From Octopus vulgaris (lineage: Eukaryota): 64,000 nt of DNA. Shown here piece by piece: positions 28,753 to 42,831 of the stretch. Position numbers and translations under genes: made by a program. Within the stretch, counting starts at the first letter, position 1. Every line of letters begins with the position of its first letter. The notes under the pieces were generated by a model that worked only from the letters and a program-made list of their open reading frames with translations, made no database searches and was not told the DNA's origin. The stretch spans positions 58,776,001 through 58,840,000 of the forward strand of contig OX597816.1 of assembly GCA_951406725.2 (NCBI GenBank). The letters are read 5' to 3'.

Positions 28753-29033
28753 AATGATTGACTGAATTGATGCTTTTGCATGAGAAAAAATACAGATTTT
28801 TTGAGCTGAAAATTTAAAAATTAAGTTAGTCTCCATTATTTTATTATTTACAATACCAATAGCTCTTGTGATGTTGCATAAAGTTTAAAATTGACTACAA
28901 CGGAATCTAACAGCAACTCATAGAAAACAAATAATGTCATTGATAGTTCTAGATCTTTGTTTCTACGGCTGTTTCAACAACGTCACAACAACTATCAATA
29001 ATAGTTACTGTAATTACAAGATGAAAGCTGTTA

Positions 29034-30303
29034 CGAGGGGCGTTCAATAAGTAATGCTCCTGCCCCACTTGCAGTTGTTTGATCTAGCTGAAATTTTGCA
29101 TGTGCACTTATATATACCTCTATAGATTAAGTGGCGAATTACAGCTCTGAACTAATTGTGGTTTCTGATTTACAGGTGTTTGAACTGAGTCAAGTGTGAA
29201 ATGGAGCCTGTTGAGTGTCGAGCAGTGATCTGGTTTTTGTATTTGAAAGGACGCACATCACGGGAGACTTTTGATGAAATGAAAGTAACTTATGGTGATG
29301 ATGCCCCATCATATGACCTTGTAAAACGCTGGCATTGTGAATTCAAACATAGTCGGAACTCTGTGGAAACAGCTCCCAGATCTGGTCGCCCCCTTCTGCC
29401 GTTGATGAGACATCTGTCCGTCAAGTTGAGGCTGCCATTTTGGAAGGTCAACGCATAACTATTCGCCAAATAGCCCATAAGGTCAAGATTAGTACCGGGT
29501 CTGTGGAAACTATCATTCATGACCATTTGCATATGCAAAAGGTGTCTGCCAGATGGATTTCCAGGTTACTCACACCTTTCCAGAAGCAAGAACGCGTTGA
29601 GTGCTCGAGGATGAATTTGGAGATGTGCCAAGAAGATGAGTCAACATTTTTCAAAAGACTGATCACACAGGATAAAACCTGGGTCCATCACTATGATCCA
29701 GAGACCAAAGCCCAGTCAATGCAGTGAAAGCACCGTGACTCACCTCCTCCAAAGAAGGCAAGGGTGCAGCCCTCCGCTGACAAGGTTATGCTCACAGTCT
29801 TCTGGGACCAGGACGGAGTAGTGATGACAGATTTCCTGGCAAAGGGTACCACAATTACAGGAGCCTATTATGCTTCACTTTTGAGGAAATTAAGAGAAGC
29901 TATCAAAATCAAGAGGCGGGGCAAGATCAGCAAAGGCATCCTCCTCCTGCAGGACAACGCTCCGGTCCACAACTCGCGTGTCGCCAGATCAGAAGCACAG
30001 GCGTGCAGCTATGAACTCCTCCCTTTGCACCCTCTGATTTTCACCTCTTCCCAGCCATGAAGTTGATTTTGAAAAGAAAGCGTTTCCCAGATGATGCAGC
30101 CTTGATTTCTGAAGTTACGTCGTGGTTGGAGGACCAAGCTGGGCTCTTCTACAAAAACGGTCTCCAGAGCTGTATCAAACGATGGGAGAAATGCATAACT
30201 CTGGGTAGTTCCTATGTAGGAAAAGACTAATAACTGTGCCAAGTGTCGTTGCTCTACTGCTATGGGAAGTGGGTCAGGGGCATTACTTATTGAACGCCCC
30301 TCG
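29034..30303 (+). mobile_element. Near full-length mariner transposon (irritans/Himar1-like), inactive
   Basis: TIRs CGAGGGGCGTTCAATAAGTAATGC / GCATTACTTATTGAACGCCCCTCG, with TA TSDs at 29032-33 and 30304-05. Confidence 0.95.
29201..30230 (+). pseudogene. Mariner transposase pseudogene
   Basis: MEPVECRAVI..., VSARWISRLLT, TQDKTWVHHYDPETK, KVMLTVFWD, LLQDNAPVH. Frameshift near 29395, stop at 29727, and the HPPYSPD motif is deleted near 30023. Confidence 0.9.
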
Positions 30304-30474
30304 TATATATGACGTGTGTTTTCATCAGAAATGTTTTCAAGATATGACATCTCGATGACATCTTCATACATGTTTGTGCGTACGTATTGATGCACACACA
30401 CACACACACAGAGTTAATAGCGACAGAAGCAGTTTTCATGTCAAAAAGGAATATTTATACTCACGTAAATGTAA

Positions 30475-30720
30475 ATGTTGTTAGAACAAAAAATACTGCG
30501 CTATCTAAGATGAGAGAACCTCTCATATGGATTTATGGTGCATGTAAGCACCCGTGTTTGTATCGCTAGCGGGACACAATCGTCCTGGTAGTCTCGGCGG
30601 TGGTAGCAGAGGATTATGTCCCACTAGCGATATAAACACGAGTGCTCGTATGCACCACAAGTCCATATCAGAGATTCTCTCATCCTAAATAGCGCAGTAT
30701 TTTCTGTTCTAACACAACAT
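30475..30720. repeat. ~245-bp fold-back inverted repeat
   Basis: ~105-bp arms atgttgttagaac...gctagcgggacacaatc / gattatgtcccactagc...gttctaacacaacat with a ~30-nt spacer. Confidence 0.85.
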
Positions 30721-30791
30721 CCACTTTTTAGTGGGAATACATACGTACATACATACATACGCGCACATACACACAAACATATATGTATCTC

Positions 30792-31216
30792 TTCTACTCT
30801 TTTACTTGTTTCAGTCATTTGACTGCGGCCATGCTGGAGCACCGCCTTTAGTCGAGCAAATCGACCTCAGGACTTATTCTTTGTAAGCCTAGTACTTATT
30901 CTAACGGTCTCTTTTGCCGAACCGCTAAGTTACGGGGACGTAAACACACCAGCATCGGTTGTCAAGCGATGCTGGGGGGACAGACACAGACACAAACATA
31001 CATACATATATATATATAGGGAGAGTTTACGAAAAAAACAAAAGACGAAGACAGGTGGTGTACAAAACAAATAGATGTATTAGTATAACGCTCAGGAATA
31101 GAAAAAGTCTTTTACGTTTCGAGCCTACTCTCTTCTACAGAAAGGGACACAGAAAAAACAAGGAGAGAAATAAGAAGAGAGAAAATGTGTGTAGTGGCTA
31201 ACGATCTATCATGGCG

Positions 31217-31256
<40 letters not shown>

Positions 31257-31399
31257 ATACGACAGGCTTCTTTCAGTTTCCGTCTCCCAAATCCACTCAC
31301 AAGGCTTTGGTCGACCTGAGGCTATAGTAGGAGACACTTGCCAAAGGTGGCATGCAGTGGTTGATAAGCAAGCTATTTACCACACGGCCATTCCTGCAC

Positions 31400-31401
<2 letters not shown>
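30792..31401 (-). mobile_element. tRNA-CORE SINE with a P1b pLTR (31017-31217) inserted in its internal (TA)n
   Basis: SINE halves flank the insert, which has TA repeats on both sides and a hammerhead-like motif at 31109-31144. Confidence 0.85.
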
Positions 31402-31439
<38 letters not shown>

Positions 31440-31694
31440 ATATGTATACGTATATATATATTCGTATATTTCTATATGTATTTTATATATATTTTTTACA
31501 CATGCATACAAACTCATGAACACATGCATAAAACTCTAGATTATTTAAGCTGATCCAGTGAGCCGTTACTCCACAGTTTCCACGGCATATAACCGCTTCT
31601 TAACACACGTCCAAACTAGGAGGAAACAGCATGGAAAATATTGCTGGAAAGTGTTATAACCACAACAACAATAGCAATGTAGCAATTATAAATA

Positions 31695-32600
31695 CCAGGT
31701 TGAGTCAAAAGTTTTGGGGCTGTTTTCACTGATGGTTTTTGACAATCTGTATCACCGTGTTATGTTATTAATTTGATACAACTCGGTGCCCGTTCGTTGC
31801 CGATTTCTTTATTCTTTATTTTCTGATATAACATATAAACGTTTATTGTTTGTTCTTTATTCTACAACTTTGATAATGAGGAAGAAATTGCAATTAGAGA
31901 CATTTTATGCTACCCGCGGGAAAATGGGCTGAGTGCAATGGCAGTGGTAAAAGAAATGAATGATGTGGAAAGCTCAGGAACTATCAACGGACATGTGGCA
32001 CAAATTTGTTCAGACGTTTCAAGAAAGGTGACACCAGCTTCGAAGACAAACCAAAGACAGGAAGACCATGGTTGAACAGCAGCCAAGCACAAGTACAAAT
32101 GTATCATCGACAGAATATGTCCTTCACAAAGCACCGTCAATCAACAACTCAATAAGCTCGGCTTTGTGAATAGACTTTGTCGAGCAGTCCCTCGTGAACT
32201 GACCAGTGACCAAGTTCAACGACGCGTGAGCATTTGCATACAACTGCTGGCAAGTCTTCGGGATACTCGTTTATGGCATCGAAATGTATGCAATTGGGGA
32301 TGAAAAATGAATATATTTTCGTAATCCTAATAAGAGAAACCAATGGCTTCGTTCTGGCCAGCTTCAGAACCTTTTGTCAAAGAAAGGCCGTTTGAACAGA
32401 AGGCCACGTTGTGTGTTTTGTGGAATTTCGAGGGGGCGTTGCTTGCCCCCGATGATCATGCTATGAACGCTAACCTTTTATTATGTCCAATAATTGCAGC
32501 GAGTATATGATACTTTGAAAGTCCGTTTTCAATGTACTGAACCACTTTCAATGTACTGAACCGACACTTATGCATACGAAGAACATCGACAGATTTTAGA
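31695..32600 (+). mobile_element. Old mariner relic, 3'-truncated
   Basis: TA|CCAGGTTGAGTCAAAAGTT terminus. RRFKKGDTSFEDKP, VPRELTSDQVQRRVSICIQLL, IGDEK*IYFRNP and LCVLWNFEG motifs. Confidence 0.8.
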
Positions 32601-32978
32601 GCTGATTTTTTAAACATTACGTTAAACTTTAATATGTTTCAAAGCTATAATAACAATACATATGGTGCTGCATGAAAGCTCGTAGTTGGCTAAAAGGCAT
32701 ACTAAGGGCAAATCATATCAGAAACAAATTACAAAACAAATGAAGGCATTGATACTTCAAAAACATTTCAACAACGTCAAGGACGCCCACAACCTTATAA
32801 TTATTCATAACTATTGTAATTACATGATAAAAGCCGTCGTCTGTGACGTGGGTGTCTCTTCATTAGAAATGTATTCAAAATATGACATTTCGATGACCGT
32901 TTAATCTCATAGCTGATGTTTTGGGATTCCATCTTCCGTCTTTCATTTTCCATATGTGTGTGTGTGTGTGTGTGTGTG

Positions 32979-33080
<102 letters not shown>

Positions 33081-33239
33081 GAAAATGAAAGACGGAAGAT
33101 GGAATTTACAAAAATTTTTATTATTAACCACTACAATTGTTTCGACACATCTAGCATCGATCCCGCACTGATGGGACACTTAACTACTGGTTCAGGAGAT
33201 GCAGATGTGTCTCATCTGGTGACAAATAGATATATATAT

Positions 33240-33400
33240 AGTGCAAATGTACAAGAGACGAAAGACAGAGACAGGTATGGGTGACAACAAACAAGGTGTA
33301 CGACGCTCAGGAAAAATGGAAAGATTTGATGTTTCGAGCCTGTGCCCTTCGACAGAAAGGAATGAAGAAAGAAGACGGAGAGAGAGAAAGAAAAATGTCT
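33240..33400 (-). mobile_element. P1b pLTR fragment with hammerhead-like motif at ~33324-33359
   Basis: CTTT-CTGTCGA-A-GGGC-acag-GCTC-GAA-ACAT-C-AAAT. Begins at (TA)n. Confidence 0.55.
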
Positions 33401-33639
33401 GGATTAACGGTTTCATGGGTCGAACCCAGCTGCCATCTTGAATTATAACATTATTTTCGTGACAAATCAACAATGTTGGCCTGATAGAGCCATAAGCTGT
33501 GAAACTTCATCTATTATGTATCATGTCAGCAAAAATTTTGTGCGTGAGAGAGAGACAGAAACACATTTATGCAAATGCATGAATGTATATGCATGTATAT
33601 ATTCATGCACTGGCATACATGCACATACATACACATTCA

Positions 33640-33816
33640 TAAGTATATTCGTACGTGACATATACACACGTACACACATAAACGTATTTCTGTGTGCGTG
33701 TGGGTATATACGTGTGTGTGTGAGTTTGTGCGCGTGTATATATATTTATACATTTATATACATACAAATATATGCATACACATGTATATACATTTATGCA
33801 TGCATATATATATATG

Positions 33817-33899
<83 letters not shown>

Positions 33900-34477
33900 T
33901 GAAGTATATTGCCACTTAAATATACCCCGCTCAGAGATTTATATATATATGTATATATATATATGTATATATATATAGGCACATGTATATATACACCCAC
34001 ACACGTAAATATATATATGTGTGTGTGTGCGTACATATGTGTGTGTAGATATGTGTGTATATATATGTATATATGTATGTGTGTATGCATGTATGTGTGT
34101 ATGTATGTATGTATGTATGTATGTATGTATGTATGTATGCATGTATAGCTGAGGTTAGGGACCGTATTGGTCAAGGCCGTAGACAAGCCAGTCAGTCTAA
34201 AAAACTGTAAATGAAGAATAATAAAATAAATAGCTGAAAAATGCAAATAGGCGCAAAATATGTAAATTGTTTGAAAGAAAAAATAAACACAATCGTAAGT
34301 ATCAAAACAGACTCGTGGTGAACATATGATACGACTTAATGCGTATACATGGGCGTGCGTAGATATGAAAGTGTGTGTGTGTACATACATACATGCATAC
34401 ATACGTACATACATACATACGCATATATATATACATCTACATACATAAACATGCATATATACACAAATACATACATA

Positions 34478-34515
<38 letters not shown>

Positions 34516-34539
34516 CATACATAATCATACACGCACACG

Positions 34540-34576
<37 letters not shown>

Positions 34577-35121
34577 CAACTTTTGCATATCCTCATGTCA
34601 AGCATCTATACATCATTATATATATAAAATATATATATATATATATACATACATACATACATACATACATACATACATACATACATACATGTATACATAC
34701 AAACATACTTACATGATTACACATACATGCATACATACATACACACATACATACATACATACATACATACATACATACATACATACATACATACATACAT
34801 ACATACATACATACTACATACATACATACATACATACACACATACATACATACATACATACATACATACATACATACATACTACATACATGCATACATAC
34901 ATACATACATGCATACATACATACATACATACATACACACATACATACATACATACATACATACATACATACTACATACATACATACATACATACATACA
35001 TACATACATACATACATACATACATACATACATACATACATACTACATACATGCATACATACATACATATATGTTTGGGGGTTATTCAAACATATACATG
35101 CATGTGGTGTTTATATACAAA

Positions 35122-35169
<48 letters not shown>

Positions 35170-35185
35170 GTATGTATGTGTATAT
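33640..35185. repeat. Large compound (TA)/(CA)/(CATA)n microsatellite field
   Basis: Directly visible. A short unique island lies at ~34148-34340. Confidence 0.9.
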
Positions 35186-35374
35186 GCTTGTGTGTTTACG
35201 TCTCCGTAACTTAGTGGTTCGGCCAAAGAGACCGATAGAATAAGTACCAGTCTTACAAAGAATAAGTCCTGGGGTCGATATGCTCCAGCATGGCCGCAGT
35301 CAAATGACTGAAACAGGTAAAAGAGTAAAAGATTATAATTGTATGTGTGTGCGTGACGTGTGTATGCGTGAGCA

Positions 35375-35410
<36 letters not shown>

Positions 35411-35415
35411 GCGTG

Positions 35416-35451
<36 letters not shown>

Positions 35452-35474
35452 TGTATGTGTGTAGTACAGTATAC

Positions 35475-35956
35475 TAGTTACTTAATTTATCGACCCCGAA
35501 AGGATGAAAGGCGAAGTCGAACCCGGCGAAATTTGAACTCAGAAACCTGAAGACGGACGAAATACCTATTTGTTTACTATTCACAAGGGGCAAAACACAG
35601 AGAGGACACACAATGACAAACAGATTAAGTTGATTACATCGACCCCAGTGCGTAACTAGTACTTAATTTATCGACCTCGAAAAGATGAAAGGCAAAGTCG
35701 ACCTCGGCGGAATTTGAACTCAGAACGTAGCGGCAGACGAAATACCTTTTTCTTTACTACCCACAAGGGGCTAAACACAGAAGGGACAAACAAGGACAGA
35801 CACACGGATTAAGTCGATTATATCGACCCAGTGTGTAACTGGTACTTATTTAATCGACCCCGAAAGGATGAAAGGCAAAGTCGACCTCGGCGGAATTTGA
35901 ACTCACAACGTAGCGGCAGACGCTCGGTGTGCTAACGATTCTGCCAGCTCGCCGCC
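35475..35956 (-). mobile_element. Head-to-tail trimer of the Nin-domain SINE
   Basis: Three cores at ~180-bp period, with junctions at (aag)aaata|ggtatttcgtc. Confidence 0.9.
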
Positions 35957-36179
35957 AAATTCATCAAAGTAATTATAACAAAAATTTGCATCTGAATCTC
36001 CTGTTTTATTCTAATGATGATGATGGGTATGCGTGTGTGTATGTGTGTATATGTATATGTGTGTGGCGGGCGGATGCTTGTGTGCGTGTGTGTCTAAGTG
36101 TGTGTGTGGGTGTGTGTACGTGCAAGGCTACTCGATTTATTGGTGATCTAACTTTTCAACAATACCAGCAACAATAAAA

Positions 36180-36209
36180 TTGCGATCATCATCATCTTTA
36201 TCGTCGTCG

Positions 36210-36246
<37 letters not shown>

Positions 36247-36334
36247 CTTTATCACAATCATCGTCATCATCAACATCATAATCATTACCGTCATCGTCAT
36301 CATTATCATCGCCGTCGTCGTCGTCCTCTTCCTC

Positions 36335-36397
<63 letters not shown>

Positions 36398-36463
36398 TTC
36401 ATCACAATCATCGTCATCATCATCATCATCATCATCGTCATCATCATCATCATCATCATCATC

Positions 36464-36497
<34 letters not shown>

Positions 36498-36652
36498 TAT
36501 CCTACCTAAAATGGTAACTTTAACAATAGTCACATAAAATTTGGTTCCCACCACCATCAATCATCATCGCCACTACCACTACCACCATCACCAGCGCCAT
36601 CTCATCGTCATCATCATCATCATCACACCTACTGCTGTCATCATCATCATCG

Positions 36653-36708
<56 letters not shown>

Positions 36709-36734
36709 GTCATCGTCGTCGTCATCGTCATCAC

Positions 36735-36777
<43 letters not shown>

Positions 36778-37006
36778 GTCGTCGTCGTCATGATCACCCC
36801 CACCACCATCATCATCATAAACATCATCACAACTACCACTATCACCACCGCTATCCTATCGTCGTCGTCTTCATCATCATCATCATCATCATCACTATTG
36901 CTTCGTCATCATCATCATCATCATCATCGTCATCATCATCATCTTCATCACAATCATCGTCATCATCATCATCATCGTCATCATCATCATCATCATCATC
37001 ATCACC

Positions 37007-37040
<34 letters not shown>

Positions 37041-37253
37041 TCATATCCTACCTAAAATGGTAACTTTAACAATAGTCACATCAAATTTGGTTCCCACCAC
37101 CATCAATCATCATCGCCACTACCACCATCACCAGCGCCATCTCATCGTCATCATCATCATCATCACACCTACCGCTGTCATCATCATCATCGTCATCGTC
37201 ATCATCATCATCATCGTCATCATCATCGTCGTCGTCGTCGTCATCGTCATCAC

Positions 37254-37305
<52 letters not shown>

Positions 37306-37460
37306 GTCGTCGTCGTCATCATCATCACCCCCACCACCATCATCATCACAAACATCATCACAACTACCACCATCACCACCGCTATCCCATCGTCGTCGTC
37401 TTCATCATCATCATCATTATCATTATTGCTTCGTCATCACCATCATCAACAACGTCATAA
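36180..37460. repeat. (CAT)n-rich tract with a ~547-bp higher-order tandem duplication
   Basis: Unique spacer cctacctaaaatggtaactttaacaatagtcacat..aatttggttcccacc at ~36501 and ~37047. Confidence 0.9.
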
Positions 37461-37623
37461 CTACATCCACCGCAATTTTTTCTTTTAAACCCTAACCCTA
37501 AACTTAATGTTTTTTCCATAGATTTCGCCAAGTTTAAAAATATTATTTATATATGTGCGGCCTGGGTGTGAGGCAAAATGCTTGCTTCCCAATCACATTG
37601 TTCCGGGTTAGCTATCTATTTAT

Positions 37624-37712
<89 letters not shown>

Positions 37713-37713
37713 C

Positions 37714-37791
<78 letters not shown>

Positions 37792-37824
37792 TTGGATGGA
37801 TAGAGAGATAGATAGATGGATGGG

Positions 37825-37894
<70 letters not shown>

Positions 37895-37895
<1 letters not shown>

Positions 37896-38438
37896 GTTTC
37901 TTTATTTGCCACACAGGGCTGCACACAGGTGAGACAAGTTACAAGGTAGAGCTTTTCTTTTGGGGGAGAAAAAAAAGAAGGTGTCGTAGGTTTTCGATCA
38001 AAAGGGATCGTAAAAGGGAAAAAAAGAACAAAAAAAGGGGAAAAAGAAGAAAAAAAGGAAAAGAAAAAAGGAAAAGAAAAATTAAAAAAAGAAGAAAAAA
38101 GAGGAAAAATGGGGGAGAGAAAAAAAAACGATCAATAGGGATCGTGTATCACAGTGTCATGATGTATGGTGTAAAGGGGAAAGCAAGTAAGATTTATCCG
38201 TGGGAAGAAAAGCCTACGAAAAAGACCACGGTAACCTTAGTCAATATTGTTATATGTTACCACATTTGTTTGCAAGTGGGTAACCCTCTGTTTTCAATTT
38301 CTGGGTTCATAGGATTATGCTCAAGGTGGCTTCGTCATTCATACGTGCCATCCTTGCTACATTCACCCATCTTTTTTTAAAACATTCGCTAGACAAAACT
38401 TGCCTCTCTACTCTCATTTTCCTTTTCAAGTAGTACTT
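37895..38438 (-). mobile_element. L1/Tx1-like LINE 3' end embedded in (GATA)n
   Basis: KYYLKRKMRVERQVLSSECFKKRWVNVARMARMNDEATLSIIL*, a T-rich 3' UTR, then AATAAA followed by (TATC)n. GATA repeats at both junctions. Confidence 0.7.
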
Positions 38439-38456
38439 TAGATAGATAGATAGATA

Positions 38457-39005
38457 TTGGGTTGCGGAATAATTCATGAGCGTTTTTTTTTTTCAAATTT
38501 AAAAATGCATGCAGAAATAAAACGCATTGACAAAATGTTATTCAAAAGCGATTTGTTTGCTCTACAAGTTAGTGTGTTTTGATTAATTAATTTTATTGAT
38601 TTTTGTGCATTTTCAGATTATTGAAATGGAATGTCAAGTGGACAAAGCTGAACGTTTTCAACACCATTCGCTTGTTGCATTTAATCGAGGTGTTAAACCT
38701 GCCGAAGCTGCTCGTGTTATTTATTTGTGCTGTGTATGGAGCAGGAGCAGTAGCCCAAAGTGCCACCTGCCGTTGGTTGCGGCGCTTCAAAAATGGGAAT
38801 TTTGAAATGAAGCACGGATCACACAGCAGTCGACCAACTGAGTTCGATAAAGAACGATTGAATCAGCATCTTCACGATAATCCAGGTCAAACGTCCAGAG
38901 AATTGGCGGAGCAAATTAATAGTGCTAACAAAAAAAAACTGTGGTAAACCACTTTCACTCAATGAGCAAGTTTCAGAAACGGTCATGAAGTATTCCTCAA
39001 CCCAA
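38457..39005 (+). mobile_element. Internally deleted mariner with both TIRs
   Basis: TIRs TTGGGTTGCGGAATAATTCATGA / TCATGAAGTATTCCTCAACCCAA. N-terminal HTH (AEAARVI-CAVYG, RWLRRFKNGNF, SRPTEFD, TSRELAE) is present and the catalytic domain is missing. Confidence 0.88.
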
Positions 39006-39911
39006 TTTTTATATATATATACACTAGTATTCCCACGAACTCTATACATAATGTTGAAAGCTGTTTATTCGTGATGAATACTACACTAATAAAGATATAG
39101 AGAGTCGCCGAGAAAAGTTTTGATATTATCATCAGCAACAGTGCGAATGGAGTATGTTCGTATCGGAAGGAAATCCTGGAATAAAGTAGAAAGAAACAGT
39201 GAAAAACTAAACAAAACAACTTCGTGTCACGACAAATCCCAGATTGTAATGTTTATTGACGTTACTCTCGTGTGCGCTAGTTCACAGATTTACAAAAATT
39301 CAATGCGAAGCGACATTTCCAATAGATGCAGTAGGAAGAAAAAACGGTTAAAACCATTAAATCAGTAAGTAGTAAAATATAATTATTTGAGGAATCCTCT
39401 TGTATTGACTGACACAGCAGAATGGTGGCCTGCAATCAACAAATAAACAGCAAGACTAGAGACATTGAGGAACACTATAAGGGGAAACGATTCGTAGAAA
39501 AAGAGAAAACTTGGAAGAACACTAGAAAGAGTATAAAGAAAGTGAACAGCATTCATACTTTACCAACACGCTATACATAATGGAGCATTAAACAATGCCT
39601 TGATAGAATTTTCTTTCTGTATTTCCACATGATTCGATGCTCAGACACGTCACTAAGGAAATATAAACACAGGAAAGAGAAAATCGAACCTTGTGATAAA
39701 AAATCAAATTCCTGTAATGGGAAAATGGAATACCAGTAATCCCTCCATCACACTCCAATCAAATATGCTTGAAACCCTGCATATAAGCATTTGGGCCATC
39801 AAAAGTAATAGCTTTTTTGCTTACAACCTTTTTTTACTGGACTACAATTACGATCTCCTACATAATGACTATAAATATTTTATTAAAAATAATGAAACTA
39901 CATTACAATAT

Positions 39912-40310
39912 TGGTTTCCAATTTTCGGCACAAAGCCAGCAATTTTAGGGGAGAGCTAAGTCGATAGCCTCGACCCCAGTGCTCAACGGATATTTATTTT
40001 ATCGACCCCCCAAAGGATGAAAGGTAATGCCAACCTCGGCGGAATTTGAACTCGGATCGTAATGACGGGTGAACTGTGTCAACGATTCTGCCAGATCCTT
40101 TCTACTATAGGCACAAGGCCTGAAATTTGGGGGGAAGGGATAGTCGATTATATCGACCCCAGTACTCAACTGGTACTTAATTCCTCGACCCCGAAAGGAT
40201 GAAAGGCAAAATCAACCTCGGCGGAATTTGAACTCAGAACGTAGCGGCAGACGAAATACCTCTAAACATTTCGCCCAGCGTGCTAACGATTCTGCCAACT
40301 TGCTGCCTTA
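39912..40310 (-). mobile_element. Two adjacent Nin-domain SINEs (alternative tail)
   Basis: Two cores, with tail aaatttcaggccttgtgcctatagtagaaag. Confidence 0.85.
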
Positions 40311-40606
40311 AAAAAATAAAACGCTATAGTACAATATTACTTAATGAACATTAAACAATTTACATGTAATTATTATTCCAGACAATTTTTTTAAACACAT
40401 TACTCACAGTAAAACTGTGTGTTCTATTAAGAGTGTTTCGATCGTTATTTAGCCGGGCAATGGGTGAGATTTTAGCTTGATTAACTACCGTAGCAAAACA
40501 TAAATCAAATTATGCATGATGTGAATATTTTCATATTAGTATGATTTAAGCAGTAATAAACTAATATGTAATAACACTAAGCCTCGTAATAACTTCAGAA
40601 ATACCT

Positions 40607-40781
<175 letters not shown>

Positions 40782-40782
40782 G

Positions 40783-40817
<35 letters not shown>

Positions 40818-40820
<3 letters not shown>

Positions 40821-42526
40821 GAATACTCAGAAACTCGAGTCCGTGTGTATCATAAGTTGAAGACGGGAAGGATGGCTTCCGTTTGCAAATACTGATAGGG
40901 CACAGAACGTGTGTCTATAGCCAGCTGGAGGAGGTGTCCTGCTGGGGCTACAAACTACAGTAGCATCCACCCTTAGGGGTTAGCCATATTTAAATGGCAA
41001 ATATACGTCACGATGTGTTGCAGCTACTGTTTATAACTCGCTCTAAGATTTACTATTGAACTTAAATAATAATTTTAATAATTAATCTCATACTGCAATT
41101 AGACGGTAATTTATGTCTTTTTAAAATAAATTTGAAAACTAAATAATATTTTTTTACCAATTCATAATAAATAAAATTTAAGAAACAAGAAATAGTCCCT
41201 TTGTTTAAAATTCTTCCCTACATATTTCGGTTTTAATATTTCCTCTGTCAACCACCCAATCAGACGTCCCTATCCCTCACTGGTCCCAATGTGTTTTCAT
41301 TCTATCTTTATTACACCCTTTTCTCTCGTCTGGGCCAGAGTTGTTTGACCATGTCGTCTCACCATCATCTTGGATATCTTCTGAATCATATGTTCCACTC
41401 TCTTGCGTGCCACTAGGCAACTGTACAAGTCCACTAATTGTCTGTGAAACTTGCGACATGCCAAACCCGGCAGAATATTCGACATTCCGCAATCACATCT
41501 TGCACTCGACACAGAATGACAGATCTGGCGCCCACTTTCTTTACTCGACTTCCAACACAGGGTTATTGAGGAGGGTTCCATTTACATCAGCTTCGACAAG
41601 AAAGCAGCAAGTAGGAGCCCGTTTGTGCATTACGACTTGGTCTTGTCCATCAGAGACAAAACTGCTTCCGTACGAAACGAAATTTTACGGCAGTCACACA
41701 ACTGACAAAGCGTCATCACTATACGGTTTCACAAGATCCTAAAAGACAAGTTATCGACCATCTTCTGCCAAACAACAGCATATAAACAGCACTAAGGTGA
41801 ACAAATTTTATTAGAAAGCCCATACTCCTATGGTTGACACATGTTTCTTAAACTTTCCTACATCGTCGATAGAACCACAGAAGCAATCCATCACGTGATC
41901 TTCAAGTAGGAACTAAACATGCAGATGGTGCACTCCTATACATCCCTGAGGAAATTCCCCTCTAGAAATCGTGCCACAAACATCACCGTGGGGTATACAC
42001 TGTCTAATTAGCCCATCAACAACCCAAACGTGTACTCGAGGACATAATTAGTATATGAAGAGATCTGCAACAAATGTGATGCATCCTACATTGGGACTGC
42101 AATCAAAAGTTACATATCCGCATCAAGGAACACGTATACACAAAAGACTTGAGTCCATAAATACCTACCAAACTTGAAGCTTTACTGTATCCATCAGAAC
42201 CATGGTACGCAACACAGGCAACCCTTGAATCAGGGAGGCTATCCTAATTATGATATTAAGCAGAAACCAACAGATAAGAACTACTCGAAGTGGAGAGGCT
42301 ACTATAGCAACATTATTCTGTGCATGTTACTATCCTCTCCCACATATCTGAACGAACATATAAACCGTATACCGTTCAATATTTCTTCACGTATACTGAT
42401 AAAGAGGCCCTCACTCCGAAATATTGAAGAAATACGAGACTTTTGTATTTCATTTTGCATTGTTTCGACCTTAACAAGGTTTTATCTAAAACACAATGCT
42501 TCATCCAAATTATTCTATTCTATTTT
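40818..42526 (+). mobile_element. Decayed Penelope-like element between (TA)n tracts; GIY-YIG remnant at ~42040-42270
   Basis: LVYEEICNKCDASYIGT..., IRIKEH and L*IREAILI motifs. Degenerate hammerhead CTGATAA-AGAG..CTC-CGAAATAT at 42396-42425. Assignment of the 5' ~1 kb is uncertain. Confidence 0.6.
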
Positions 42527-42529
42527 ATA

Positions 42530-42615
<86 letters not shown>

Positions 42616-42774
42616 GTGCTCACTTAGCCAGCGAAAGATGAGGTAGAAACTTAAATCAATAGGTTATTTGAACGTGGGTAATACTTCTAATCATTCGAAG
42701 GCTAAAACAATGCAAACGCATTGTGACCAGCGAATCATAGCAACATCTGATGGTCTGGTCGGTCACGTGATCAC

Positions 42775-42826
<52 letters not shown>

Positions 42827-42831
<5 letters not shown>

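Noticed and set aside
29201-30230. Active or domesticated mariner transposase
   Set aside because: Frameshift, in-frame stops and deletion of the YSPD motif.
36541-37488. 315-aa ORF rich in Ile/His/Ser
   Set aside because: Translation of (CAT)n repeats, which lack stops in these frames; no domain signal.
37487-37502. Telomeric (CCCTAA)n
   Set aside because: Only two units; not an interstitial telomere array.
41277-41742. Overlapping 71-133 aa ORFs as a host gene
   Set aside because: No recognisable domain; they lie within a TA-bounded segment that ends in a Penelope relic.
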